Positions 23,513-36,403 of a stretch of 64,000 nt of DNA are shown here, piece after piece. Both the position numbers and the translations under genes were made by a program. Origin of the DNA: Malacoraja senta (lineage: Eukaryota); contig CM075995.1 of the NCBI GenBank assembly GCA_038087875.1, positions 4,404,001-4,468,000 on the forward strand. The letters are read 5' to 3'. The notes beneath the pieces are model-generated. The model was given only the letters and a program-made list of their open reading frames with translations, had not been told where the DNA came from and made no database searches. Numbering within the stretch: position 1 is the stretch's first letter; every line of letters begins with the position of its first letter.

Positions 23513-26269
23513 AATGATGACAGGTGGAACAGGAAAGACGTTGAAGTAACTCAGCAAGGTCAGGCAGCATCCCTGGAGAACATGGATAGGTGACGTTTCA
23601 GGTCGGGACCCTTCTTCAGACTGATGTTGCTTCTCCAGGGATTTGTTTAGTTTACCTTAGTTTAGAGGTACCGCGCGGAAACAGGCCCTTCGGCCCACCG
23701 AGTCAGTGCCAGCCAGCAATCCTCGCACACTATCGCTACCCTTACACACTAGGGACAATTTACAATTTTTACCAAAGCCAAATAACCTACAAACCTGTTC
23801 GTCTTTAGAGTGTGGGAGGAAACCGGAGCATCTGGAGAAAACCCACGCAGGTCACAGGGAGAACGTGCAAACTCTGCACAGACAGCACCCATAGTCAGGA
23901 TCGAACCCAGGTCTCTGGCGCTGTAAGGCAGCAACTCTACCATTGCGCCACCGTATGTTGCCTGACCTGCTGAGTTGCCCCAGCATTTTGCATCTTCCCT
24001 TGGTAAACCAGCATCAGAGGTTCTTTGTTTCTACCGTAGACCGGGAGCTACAGCAGGGGGCTGGGGAGTGGATCATACTTCAGCAGTGCACTCCCTCTCA
24101 TTTACACAGTGCCCCCGAGACTCAAGATTCTCACCGCCATGCCCTACACTCCACCACTTTTGCCTCAGGGCCTTCTGTAAGTCAATAGGCATGTTATACC
24201 TTATCAAGGAAACTTTTGAAGACAGCCTTAAATCTTTTCCTCCATCCACAATCTAATCTCTTACGACAGAGCTCAGGCCAGAGCATCTATTTCAGGAACA
24301 GTTTAAGGTGAGAGGAAAAATTATTTTTCTAGGCACCTGAGGGACAACTTTTTCACACAGTGAAACACAGTGGGACTGTGGAACGAGCTGCCAGAGGAGG
24401 TAATTGAGGAAGATATAACAGTATTTAAAAAAATACTTGGACAATTACATTGATAGGAAAGTTTTAGGGATATGGGCCAGACACGGGCAAATGGGACGAG
24501 CTTAGTTGGGGCATCTTGGTCAGCATGGATGAGTTGGGCTGACACGCCTGTTTCCATGCTCTGTGACTCATGGTTACTATGCCGTGTTATTCCACCACTT
24601 TGTGTTCTATGGAAGATTCCAGCATCTGCAATTCATTGTGTCTCCATCTGTTTTTGGAGTTTGGTGGTGTCAGCCATGCCAACAATGAGCTGGTTGTCGG
24701 AGCCAAAAGCACGCAGTTGGGGCCTTGATGGCAAGTGGATGTCGGCCTGGGTGAGCTTATGGACATTGCTTTGCTCATCCTACCAGTGGAATTAGAAGAT
24801 TATGGCAAACCATCTCTCCAGATCTTTGAGAGTTCTTTTAAATATTTTTAAGGCGGAGATTGACAAATTCTTGATTAGTACGCGTGTCAGGGGTTATGGG
24901 GAGAAGGCAGGAGAATGGGGTTGAGAGGGAAAGATAGATCAGCCATGAATGAATGGCAGAGTAGACTGATGAATGATGGGCTTTGCGCTGGGTTTGTGGT
25001 TTAATTTTCAATCATCCCTTTCTTCAAATAGCCAAAGACTACTATAGTAATAATAATAATACACTTTATTGTCATTGTAAATACATACAACGAAATTTCA
25101 GGAGCACTGCCCGAGCGGAGCTCCAACGTATCAGATAAATAATAACGAATAACGAATAACAAAAACGGCCAGAGAACGTCAAGTTAAGTTATAATGTGCA
25201 ATATTTCACAGTATAGTGTTGTAGCAGTACATAATATTGGCTATGGGGGGTGTGTGTTCAGTGCAGAGTTCAGAGCGGTGATGGCCTTGGGGTAGAAACT
25301 GTTTGTTAATCTTGTGGTGTGTGATTTGATGGACCTGTAACGCTTTCCTGAGGGCAGAAGGGCAAACAAGTGATGTGCGGGTTGAGATGGTAGGAGCAAT
25401 AAGGAAATGTAATCTCACTTAAAAATAAGAATGATACAGGAGAGGAACACATAGAAAGGTGGAAACTGACGTGAAACAGAAAAGGCAGCCTGAGATGGGT
25501 TGAATAAGCGGTCTATTTCTGTAGATAGACACAAAGGGCTGGAGTAACTCAGCGGGTCAGGCAACATCTCTGGAGAAAAAGGATGGATGACGTTTCGGGT
25601 CGGGACCTTTCTTCAGACGTTTCTGGTCGAAACCCTGCTTCATTGTTCTATTTCTATGTTATTTATGGAATTCTAGTGGCCATCTTTAAATTAAGCTCCA
25701 AGGGGTGTTATCATAAATGAACTGTTTGCAAACTTCCCACCTTCGAAAGATCAGAATTTCACGCCAGTTACCCTGGCCATCCCTCCTTATTGCTACTTTC
25801 ATCACAACCTATGGACAGCACAGTGAACAAAACACTCTGGCAAAGCTGCTATCATTTCTGCTGACCAATTATCATGTTTCAATGTTCAGAAAAATTTCAG
25901 GATGATCTTATTCAAACATATCTATATAATTAAAACTCATCTTGACCACTTCCTGTCTGCACTGTATATTGATTTTAGAAAAAATGCTAACATATATTGC
26001 TATGATTTTTGGCCATCTTACTCACAGTCCTCCTCCGCTGAGCAGGACCCGTGGATTTTTCCCATCGATGAAAAATAAAAAAGTTATGAGTGTTTAAAAA
26101 ACCTTGAGTCCTCTCGCCTGTCAATCACCGTGATGAAGGTAACAACCTTTCCGGGGGGGGGCGGGGAGGGGAGGCAGGACTATAAAACCTCAGATGCCTG
26201 AACATGACTCAGTCACTCTGCACGATCGCGAGGGAGAGGCCACGACTCATTCTAGGCTGTGAATCAACT

Positions 26270-26765
26270 GAAACTGCAATGGCAATGGAAATGAAATGAA
26301 AATGCAATGAGCTGTTTGGCCTGCCCTGTGCTTGAAACTGCAATGGCAATGGAAATGAAATGAAAATGCAATGAGCTGTTTGGCCTGCCCTGTGCTTGAA
26401 ACTGCAATGGCAATGGAAATGAATTGAAAATGCAATGAGCTGTTTGGCCTGCCCTGTGTTTGAAACTGCAATGGCAATGGAAATGAAATTAAAATGCAAT
26501 CAGCTGTTTGGCCTGCCCTGTGCTTGAAACTGCATTTTCATTTCTTTTCCATTGCCATTGCAATGAGTTGTTTGGCCTGCCCTGTGCTTGAAACTGCAAT
26601 GGCAATGGAAATGAAATGAAAATGCAATGAGCTGTTTGGCCTGCCCTGTGTTTGAAACTGCAATGGAAACGGAAATGAAATGAAAATGCAATGAGCTGGT
26701 TGGCCTGCCCTGTGCTTGACATTGAAATGGAAATGAAATGAAATGAGTTGTTTGGCCTGCCTGAA
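26270..26765. repeat. 64-bp minisatellite, ~8 copies (inside second Helitron-like element)
   Basis: Unit gaaactgcaatggcaatggaaatgaaatgaaaatgcaatgagctgtttggcctgccctgtgctt. Confidence 0.95.
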
Positions 26766-27207
26766 ACTACTAATTTCGGCCCACCAAGCCCTTATTAGCC
26801 AAGAAACCAGTCCCTTTTGCCCCAATGCCCGTATAAGCCCAGGAGGAGCATTTTGGCCCAAAAGGCCCATTCCAGACCAGGAAAAGCACAGAAAAACTGC
26901 CTATAATTGAGATTTAACTCCGATTTTCTTAAAGAGCCTCTTCGGCCCATCATGCCTGTACTAGCCCAGGAGGAGTCCCTTCAGCCCATCAGTAAATATT
27001 CCCCCTGCAAGTATTAAACCTCACCCGAGTATTTTTCTCCCTCCCTTCATTGGCTCCCTGTGAGTTCCAGGCCAGGATAGACTTTCCTCCATTGCTGTGA
27101 TCTGCAGAAAAAGATGAAAAATGTCTGAAATTGATTCTCCACCCTCTCCCCCTTCTCTCTCACAGAGTCTCTCACCTGTTTTGAGCTGAATTTCGGGCAG
27201 TTTCTTA

Positions 27208-27336
27208 GCCGCCAGCCCTCCAGGCCTGAGTGACTGAGCTGCAAGCCCACCAGGCCTGAGTGACTGAGCTGCCAGCCCACCAGGCCTGAGTGACTGAGCT
27301 GCCAGCCTACCAGGCCTGAGTGACTGAGCTGCCAGC
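27208..27336. repeat. 30-bp tandem repeat, ~4 copies
   Basis: Unit gccagcccaccaggcctgagtgactgagct. Confidence 0.9.
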
Positions 27337-28013
27337 ACAAGAATCCATTCAACCCACAATGTCCATACTAGCCCTCTGGAAACCAGTCCCTTTGGCCCAC
27401 AGCACCCATACTAGCACTCCAGAAAGCCCCCCCCCCCCCCCCCCACTGGCCACCAATATTGGAATTGGTGGAGAGGTGGAATATTGCATTGGGGGACCAG
27501 CCCCAACGGGTCCCACTTAGTCCAGTAAGATTCTAAAAGGCTGGCAGGGTAGTTATCAAGTTTGAGATGCAAGAGAGTGAAGATGCTGTCATCTGCAGCA
27601 AATAAAACTGGAAAAACTTGGTGGGTCAAGTGGCATCTGTGGAGACAAAAAGAAAGTTGATTTACAGGTTGATTGGTCGATACAATACGATACGTTAGAA
27701 CGTTATTTGTCCCAGGAGGGAAATTGATCTGCCAACAGCCATAATAACACAAAATGCACAAAACGCAAATTACATGAAATCCTGATGCAGGGTCTCGACC
27801 AAAATGTTGAATATCCTTAGGCCTCCATAGATGCTGTTTGATTCACTGAGTTCCTGCAGCAGAGATACAGCAATAAAACAGGCCTTTTGTCCCACCAAGT
27901 CCACACTGACCATCTATCATCCATTCATGCTAGCTTATCAAAAAAAACTCTTGCCTATGTCAACCTACTGCCTGCGATGCTTTATCCTGCCTCTCCTCTC
28001 TTCCAGTCAATTA

Positions 28014-30030
28014 TAGTCATAGAATGATACAGTGTGGAAACAGGCTCTTTGGCCCTACTTCCCAAACCATCCAACATGTCCCAGCTACACTAGTCCCACC
28101 TGCCCGCGTTTGATTCATAACTGTTTGGGACTAACTGTTTCTTAAACGTTGGGATAATCCCTGCTTCAACCACATCCTCTGGCAGCTTGTTCCATACACC
28201 CACCACCCTTTTGTGTGAAAAAGTTTCCCTTCAGCTTCCTACTAAATATTATCCCCTTCACCTTAAACCTATGTCGTCTAGTCCTCGATTTACCTACTCG
28301 GACAAAAGTCTCTGTGCGTCTACCTGATCTATTCCTCTCATGATTTTATACATCTCAATAAGATCACCCCACATCCTCCTGCACTCCAAGGAATGGAGTC
28401 CCAGCCTTCCCAATCTCTCCTTATAGCTCAGACCCTCCAGTCCTGGCAACATCCTCGTAAATCTTCTCTGTACCCTTTCCAACTTGACAACATCTTTCTT
28501 ATAACATGGTGCCCAGAACTGAACACAATACTCTAAATGCAGCCTCACCAGCTTCTTATATAACTGCCACATGATCTTACAACTTCTATACTCAATAATC
28601 TGACTGATGAAGGCTAACATGCCAAAAGCCTTTTTGACCACCCTATCTACCTGTGACTCCACTTTCAAGGAACTATGTACCTGCACTCCTAGGTCCTTCT
28701 GCTCTATAACTCTCCCCAGAGCCCTACCATTCACTGTTTAGGTCCTGCCCAGGTTAGAATCCCCAAAATGCAACACCTCACATTTTTCTGTATTAAATTC
28801 CATCAACCATTCCTCGGCCCACCTGATCAAAATCCTGCTGCAGTCCGGGAAGCAACCTTCCACCATCACCCTCTGCTTCCTTCCCTGAAGCCAATTTTCC
28901 ATCCATTACCCTCTGCTTCCATCCATTCTGGAGAAGGGGCGCTGTCCTGTACGGCTGCCAGTCCTGCAGCTGTCCGTTTTTTTCACTTCTTTTTTATTAT
29001 TTTTAGTACGTTAAAGTGTGTAGTTGGGGGTCTAATCTTTTTATGTGTGGGGGGTGGGGGAGGGAAGGGGGAAACTGCTTTTTCAAGTCCCTACCTGGTC
29101 GGAGAGACTGCCTTCCTCCGAGTAGCACCTTCGACCCGTCCTCGCGGCCTACCAGCGGGGCCTGAAGCGGCATTTCCTGAGGGGACCTGGCCAGAACCTC
29201 GGCTTCGGCGGCGGCACAGCGTTGGAGCGCTATCGCGGAGCGGGCGATGCCTTGCCTGGGTCGCCGCGCTGGAACTCCGGTATGCTGGGGCCTGCCGATT
29301 GAACATCGCGGAGCTGCGGGACTGTGGAGCGGCCAAGCTGCGGGCGGCGGCGCTGACTTTAACATCGGGAGCCTGGGATCTCTCGGCGAGATCGCCAGTG
29401 GTGGAGCTCCGTTCAGCGCGGCCTGTCGGCTTCGGAAGCCGCGGTCTCCAAGTAAGAAAGTGGCTGTTCCAGGTTTCCCATGCCGCTGTGAGGATTCGCC
29501 CAGCGAGAGGGCCTGAAACATCGGGCCGTCGTAGCGGCGACTGCGGAGGCCTCAATAGGCACGACTATGGGTGGACATGGGGATGGGGACTGGACTTTGT
29601 GCCTTCCCTCACAGTGGGAAACATTGTGGGGGAATGTTTTATGTTTCAATGTTAAACTTCTTCTTTAATGCTATGTTGTATTTTTATTAGTGTGCTGCAA
29701 GGACATCTGAATTTCCCCTGCAAAGGGGATTAATAAAGTATTTGTTATGTTATGTTATGTTATGTTATGTTATGAAACCAATTTTCTATCCATTCAGTTA
29801 CCTCTCCTTGGATCCAATGCAATCTAACCTTCCCGAGCTGCCTACCATGTGGAACCTTGTCGAATGCTTTGCTGAAGTCCATGTACACAACATCTACTGC
29901 CCTGCCCTCATTAACCTTTTTGGTCACGTCTTCAAAAAACTCAATCAGATTTGTGAGACACGATCTCCCACGTACAAAACCATGTTGACTCTCCTTAATC
30001 AGCCCTTGTCGATCTAAATGCTTGCGTATC
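28014..30030 (-). mobile_element. Degenerate CR1 LINE (RT to 3' UTR), interrupted
   Basis: KDLGVQVHSSLK...HLEYCVQFWAP...RRMWGDLIEMYK; RT remnants at 29773-30030. Confidence 0.85.
28928..29772 (+). mobile_element. GC-rich non-coding retroposon inserted in a CR1
   Basis: (TATGT)n tail after AATAAA; flanked by a near-duplicated tgaagccaattttccatccatt; homologous to 8368-9022. Confidence 0.7.
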
Positions 30031-31857
30031 CTTATTTATGATTTGTTTATGACCTATTGATGATTAATGAAATAACAAGGAATTGCAGATGCTGGTTTAT
30101 ACCAAAGATAGGCACAAAATTCTGGGGTAACAGATTGGACCAGGCAAATCCCTGGAGAAAATGGATAGGTGATATGAACATGCTGTGTCCTGCCCCTTCT
30201 CTATCCCAGCTTTCTTCGCCAAACCCCCTCCCACACAAACAATGTCTGAAGAAGGATCTCAAGCTGAATTGTCACTTTTGCATGATCTCCTGTGATGCTA
30301 CCTGACCTGCTGAGTTACTCCAGCACTTTGTGTCGTTTTGTGTATTAACCAGAATCTGTAGTTCCTTGTTTCTACATTTACGATACGATACGATGCGATA
30401 GAATTTTATTTATCTCAGGAGGGAAATTGATCTGCCAACAGTCATGAAAACCACAAAATACATGAAACCTGAAACTAAAATGACGAGTGGAAAGGCTTGG
30501 GGGATGTGCAAAGATGGGGAGGGGAGTCAGTCTCTGTCTACCACACGACAGAAGTGGGAGGGGTTATAAAGTTTGATAGCCACAGGGAAGAAGGATCTCA
30601 TGTGGCATTCTGACCTGTTGTCACATTTTCCTACTTACACAATGGGTATCAATGGTTTTGGGGAGAAGGCAAGAAAATGGGATTAGGAGGCAGGGATCAG
30701 CCATGCTTGAATGTCGGAGTAGATTCGATGGGCCGAATGACTTAATTCTACTCCTATAATTTGTGAAGTGACATTTGTTTTTTGCACACATTTTAGTAAA
30801 ATCTTACTCTACATAAGCATAATCGTACTGAAAGACAAGAGTAAGAATAGTTGATTACACTGAGGCAATACACAGAGTCGCCACACTTCTGCCGCCTTCT
30901 TGGATCCGTGTGAAAGTAGAGGCTTCAATGAAGCCGTAATGTGAAATAGATGACAATGGAAATGTTACTTTGAATTTATTAGGCATCTGAGAACATGTGT
31001 CCAAACAAACCAGGGAATTTCCCAATGAGAATAACGAAGATGAGAGAATATCGAAGATGAGAGAACAGCATTGTTCCTATATCTCACAAATGTCTAGTTT
31101 CAGTCTCAAGTTATGCCCATTTCACAGTTTATTTGCCATCAATTGCTTTTCAAAACAGGTTGAGATTCATAACTGTGATCAAGCAACCAATATCCAGATA
31201 TATTTATTTTTCAATTAAGTCACTATCAATCTCTTTATGTTATCTTACTTTTCTCAGGGAACTTCACGGGCCATTAACCATCTTGTATGTGGCAAGCTCC
31301 GAATACTTTGCTCAAAATATTTTATTCCACTGACTGGAAAGGTTGTTCTTAACTCTTTAAATACCACAGTGTGCAATATCTGCAATAACCATACAGGAAT
31401 ATCTCCACATATTAGAGTGGCACCATGGCGTAGCAGTAGAGGTGCTGCCTTACAGCGCCAGATACCCGGGTTAGATCCTGACTACGGGCGCTGTCTGTAC
31501 GGAGTTTGTACGGTTTCCCTGTGACCGCGTGGGATTTCTCCGGGTGCTCCGGTTTCCTCCCACATTCCAAAGATATGCAGGTTTGTAGGTTCATAGGCTT
31601 CCGTAAATTCTCTTTAGTGAGTAGGATAGAACTAGTGTGGATGAATGCTGGTCGGCGTGAATTCTGAGAGCCGAAGGGCCTGTTTCCACGCTGTATTTCT
31701 AAACTATTAAAAACTATTACTTTCAAATATTGTAGCTTTTTAATTGTACCAGTAGTGTTAGTTTATCATATGTTAGTTTATCAAAGAACTGCAGATGCTG
31801 GTTGAAATCGAAGGTGGACACAAAATGCTGGAGTAACTCAGCGGGACAGGCAGCAGT

Positions 31858-31885
31858 CTGAAGAAGGGTCTCGACCCGAAACGTC
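31858..31885 (+). ncRNA. Minimal hammerhead ribozyme core (Penelope-type)
   Basis: CUGAAGA-A-GGGU(CUCG)ACCC-GAAA-C-GUC; identical copy at 46752-46779. Confidence 0.6.
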
Positions 31886-33889
31886 ATCCATTCCTTCTCT
31901 CCAGAGATGCTGCCTGTCCCGCTGAGTTACTCCAGCATTTTGTGTCTACCTTTAGTTTATCATATGTTTGTTGCAATTATCACTTTTAGTGCATGTCCTG
32001 GAAAACCAGCTATTAATATTGGCCAGCAACATTTTCCCAGTTGTATTTCAGTTAAGCATCCCATTTATTAAGCCCACAGGCAAAACGTGAATAACAAAGC
32101 AATCCAGTTGTGTTATTGCATCAACGACAGTGTGGTTAGTCCTGTACCCAAGGCCCTTATCTCCATATAATGCTGGTAATCTCAGGAACATGGGCAGGTA
32201 ATTACCAAAGACATTATTACTTAAAGCATAAAACATTTAAAGAATTTGGCCAACCTAAACTCATTCAAAGGTTACTTAATGCATAAAAAAACTAATAATG
32301 GCTAATTGGAACATTTGATCATTTTATTTTACAAAGATCAGTTGTGTAAATGATGTCCTCACATAAAACATTGAGATAAACAACATGAACTTGTTGTGGG
32401 AAGCATTATATGGCTGCATAAAGGTTATAATATTTTTTAAACAACAATGGGTGGCGCAGCTGGTGGAGCTTCTGCCTCACAGGGCAGAGACCAGGGTTCA
32501 ATCCTGGCCTTGGGCGCTGTCAGTGTGGAGTTTGCACGTTCTCCCCGTGACCGTGCTCCAGTGTCCTCTCACATTCCAAAAACGTGCAGGTTTGTAGATT
32601 GATTGCCCATTGTAAATTCCCCTTAATGTGTAGGGAGTGGATGCGAAAGTAGTGTAACATAGAACCATTGTGAACGGGTAATTGATGGTCAGCATGGACT
32701 GTTTGCATGCTGTATCTCTAAACTAATAAACATTCATTGAAAATTATTTTATTTTTAAGGGGAAGTTTGCATGAGGTTAAATATATTTTCTGCTTATTTA
32801 AACTCCTGAAGATTAGTTTCAACTCATTGCATGATAGAAAATGGATCAGATAAGACTAGTAATATACACCAGGGTGCAATTAAATTCCCAGTTCATATGA
32901 AACTCACAGAGTAAACAGGATATATAGTAATGATAAATACACAAATAAATGCAATAATTAATGCAAAACAGCAGAAAGGTGTAATATAATTTTAAGTAGT
33001 GCAAAATAAAATATTGAAGTGCTGTAATAGAATAACCAATGAAGTTATTTGCAATGTCCAGGTGTTGAAATTAGGTTAGTTTCGCGACACAGAACGGAAA
33101 TAGGCCATTCGGCCCACCAAGTCTATGCCGATCCCCGTATACTAGCACCCACTACGCATTAAGGACAATTTACAAACCTGTACGTGGGAGGAAACCGGAG
33201 CACCCAGGGAAAACCCATGGGGTCACGGGGAGAACATGCAAACTCCATACAGACAGCACCCGTAGTCAGGATCGAACCTGGGTTGCTGGCGCTGTAAGGC
33301 AGCAATTCTGCCACCGTGCCGCCCAGTTTCAGGACAGGTTAAAAAAAACTACACAGCAAAGCTACAGGACAAAACTAGAGAACTTAAAGAACAAAGAACC
33401 GAAAAACAGGCCCTCTTATCTGTATAGGATGATCAGGATGTATTAAGCTATCGATCATACTGGCGTCTCTTACCGACTCAAAAACAATCACCCATATTGT
33501 GTCCCTTCCATAATGGTCCTGATATCAGGGAGCTGGTTGGCATTACCTCATTACTCTTGTGCCATGAAGGGGTTATTGTTCACAGTTCTGTCTCGGTTCT
33601 TATCAGTCGTAACCTTGAGTTCACATTCCTGTTCTTTGTCTCTGCGCTCAAGTTCACAGGCTGTTCTTTTCAAGGAGTCACCATTTTGTAACTAACTCTC
33701 TCCACAATTATCTGCAGATTCCACATTTATGAAAGTGAAAAAACATCTTAGACTAATATACTGAAGCACTTTGAGGATGTAAGTGGTGGAATAGATAAGA
33801 GAAAACCAGAAGATGTGTATTTGGATGTTCAGAAGGCTTTTGATAAGGTTCCACACAAGTTTAGAACATACAGATAATGTACATGATAA

Positions 33890-34400
33890 GGTCATAAGTA
33901 ATAGGAGTAGAATTAGGCCATGCAGCACATCAAGTCTACTCCGCCATTCAATCATGTCTGATCTATCTCTCCCTCCTAACCCCATTCTCCTGCCATCTCC
34001 CCATAACTTCAGACACGTATAATAATCAAGAATCTATCAATCTCTGCCTTAAAAATATCCACTGACGCCCTTCACAGCCTTCTTTGGCAAGGAATTCCAC
34101 AGATTCAACACCCTTAGTCAAAGAAATTCCTCCTCATCTCCTTCCTAAAAGAATGTCCTTTAATTCTGAAGCTATGAACTCTAGTCCTAGACTCTTCCAC
34201 TAGTGGAAACATCCTCTCCACATCCACTCTATCCAAGCCTTTCACTATTCTGTATGTTTCAATGAGGTCCCCCCTCATTCTTCTGAACTCCAGCGAGTAC
34301 AGGCCCAGCACTGACAAACACTCATCATAGGTTAACCTACTCATTCCTGGGATCATTCTTGTAAATCTCCTCTGGAATCCTTCCTGAGCCAACACATCCT
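33890..34400 (-). mobile_element. CR1 LINE 3' fragment
   Basis: QRRFTRMIPGM...RRMRGDLIETYRIVKG plus CR1 3' UTR. Confidence 0.85.
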
Positions 34401-34541
34401 TGCAATGTACTGACATGGATTCAGAATTGGATATCAGATGGAAACCAAAAGTGGGAATAAATGGATCTTTCTCAGGTTGGCAGATTATCCTTCAGAGGTA
34501 AACAAGGATCAGAACTTGGGGACAACTTGGAGTCCCCTGGT

Positions 34542-34691
34542 GACCGAATGCGTCCTGTCGCTGGCGGCAGCCTGAAGAAAGCGCTGTCGGCTAGGGGCTA
34601 CAACGTGAGCCACGACAACAGCCGCATCAACCGGACGGTGCAGCAGCGGGCGAAGAAGGGCTCACAGGTGCAGACCAGGGGCATCGGCACC
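34542..34691 (+). pseudogene. Histone H1 globular-domain fragment
   Basis: [45 protein letters not shown] versus canonical H1 [44 protein letters not shown]; frameshift at ~34570. Confidence 0.8.
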
Positions 34692-36403
34692 TAGTTTTAA
34701 GGTGAAACAACTCAAAGTGCTGGAGTAACTCATCAGACTGAATCAGTCTGAAGAATTATTCCAGCACTATGTCCCTCTCTGTCCATTTGTTCATAAATTC
34801 TAGGAGCAGAATAAAGCCAATTGGACCACCAAGTCTACTCCATCATTCAACCATGGCTGATCTATATTTTCCTCTCAACCCCATTCTCCTGCCTTTGTCC
34901 CATACACCCTGACACCCGTACTAATCAAGAATCTGTCAATCTGTTTTAAAAATATCCATTGACGGCCTCCACAGCCGCCAGTGGCAATGAATTCCACAGA
35001 TTCACCACCCTCCAACTAAAGACACTCTTTCTCATCTCCTTTTGTGTATTAACCAACATCTGCAATTCTTTGTTTCTAGTTTTAAGGTGATTCTGACGTG
35101 TAAAATCTGGCTTATGTGAGGGTTTATGGAACTTAACCCTTACGTACATTCGGGTAGTGTTTTATACACAACTACATATAGTCGGCCAGAGTGTACAGAT
35201 AAAGGATAAAGGGTGCAACAATGAGTGCAAGATGAAGTCCAATTAAAGATAGTTCAAAGGTCTCCAATGAGGTAGATCAGAGGTCAGGACTGCACTCTAG
35301 CTGATGAGAGGATGTTTCAGTTGCCTGATTACAGCTGTGAAGAAACTGTCCCTGAATCTGGAGGTATGTGTTTCAAACTTCTGTACCTCTTGTCTGATGG
35401 GAGAGGGGAAAAGAGGGAGTGACCGGGATGATACTAGCCCTTGATTATGCTGGTGGCCTTGCCGAGGCAGCGTGAAGTGTGGCTGGTGCCCCAGAAATTC
35501 TTGGTGGGACCTGAATTACTGGAAGATTAAGCATGATGCAGATCTTACAGCAGAATCTTTTAATTGCAAATGCTAAAACGAAGCTCTGATCATTATTTGG
35601 TTGTTGGAAGATTAATAATAATAATACATTTTATTTATAGGGCGCCTTTCAGGACTCTCAAGGACACCTTACAGTTAAAACAAGCATGAAACAAAAACAA
35701 CATATACAGCAACAATACACAATTCGGAGAGAGAGCAGCGGCAGCCAATCGCGGCAGCGTTCACTCTCGCCTCCAGCAGCCATATTATCTGAGCCATCTG
35801 CAGCACACCAATAAAAATAAAACACAACATTAAAGAATTTAACATAAAAACATCCCCCCACAATGGTTCCCACTGTGAGGGAAGGCAACAATGTCCAGTC
35901 CTCTCCCTCCTGATTAACGAGTTAACGAGGGCAGTCACAGACTTTACTAATCTAGCCCCCCTGGGTTACCAGAAACAAAAACATAACAAGACACAAGCAA
36001 TAAAAATACACGGAATTACAGCAGCAAAATCTGAAAAGTTAATTGTGTTTCTCTCTCCACAAGGGGAGTCATGGTGGCGAAGCAGTAGAGTTGCTGCCTT
36101 ACAGTGCCAGAGACCAGGTTCGATCCTGACCACGGGTGCCGTCTATATGGAGTTTGTACGTTCTCCGCATGACCTACGCGAGTTTTATCCAGTTTCCTAC
36201 CATGCTCCATAGATGTACAGCCTTGTAGGTAAATTGGCTTTGGTAAAATTGTAAATTGGCCCTAGATGCTGCCCGACACCGTTCCCTTACCGAATAGTGA
36301 AAGGCCTGGACAGAGAGGATGTGGAGAGGATGTTTCCACCAGTGAGAGAGTCTAGGACTAGAGGCCATAGCCTCAGAATAAAAGGACGTTCCTTTATGAA
36401 GGA

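Larger units (their letters stand above)
25921..27525 (+). mobile_element. Second copy of the same Helitron-like family
   Basis: A|TCTATATAATTAAAAC...CTTGACCACTTCCTG start and GGGACC..GGTCCC hairpin + ACTTAGTCCAG|T end; 5' and 3' modules homologous to 9964-12365; no TSD. Confidence 0.8.
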
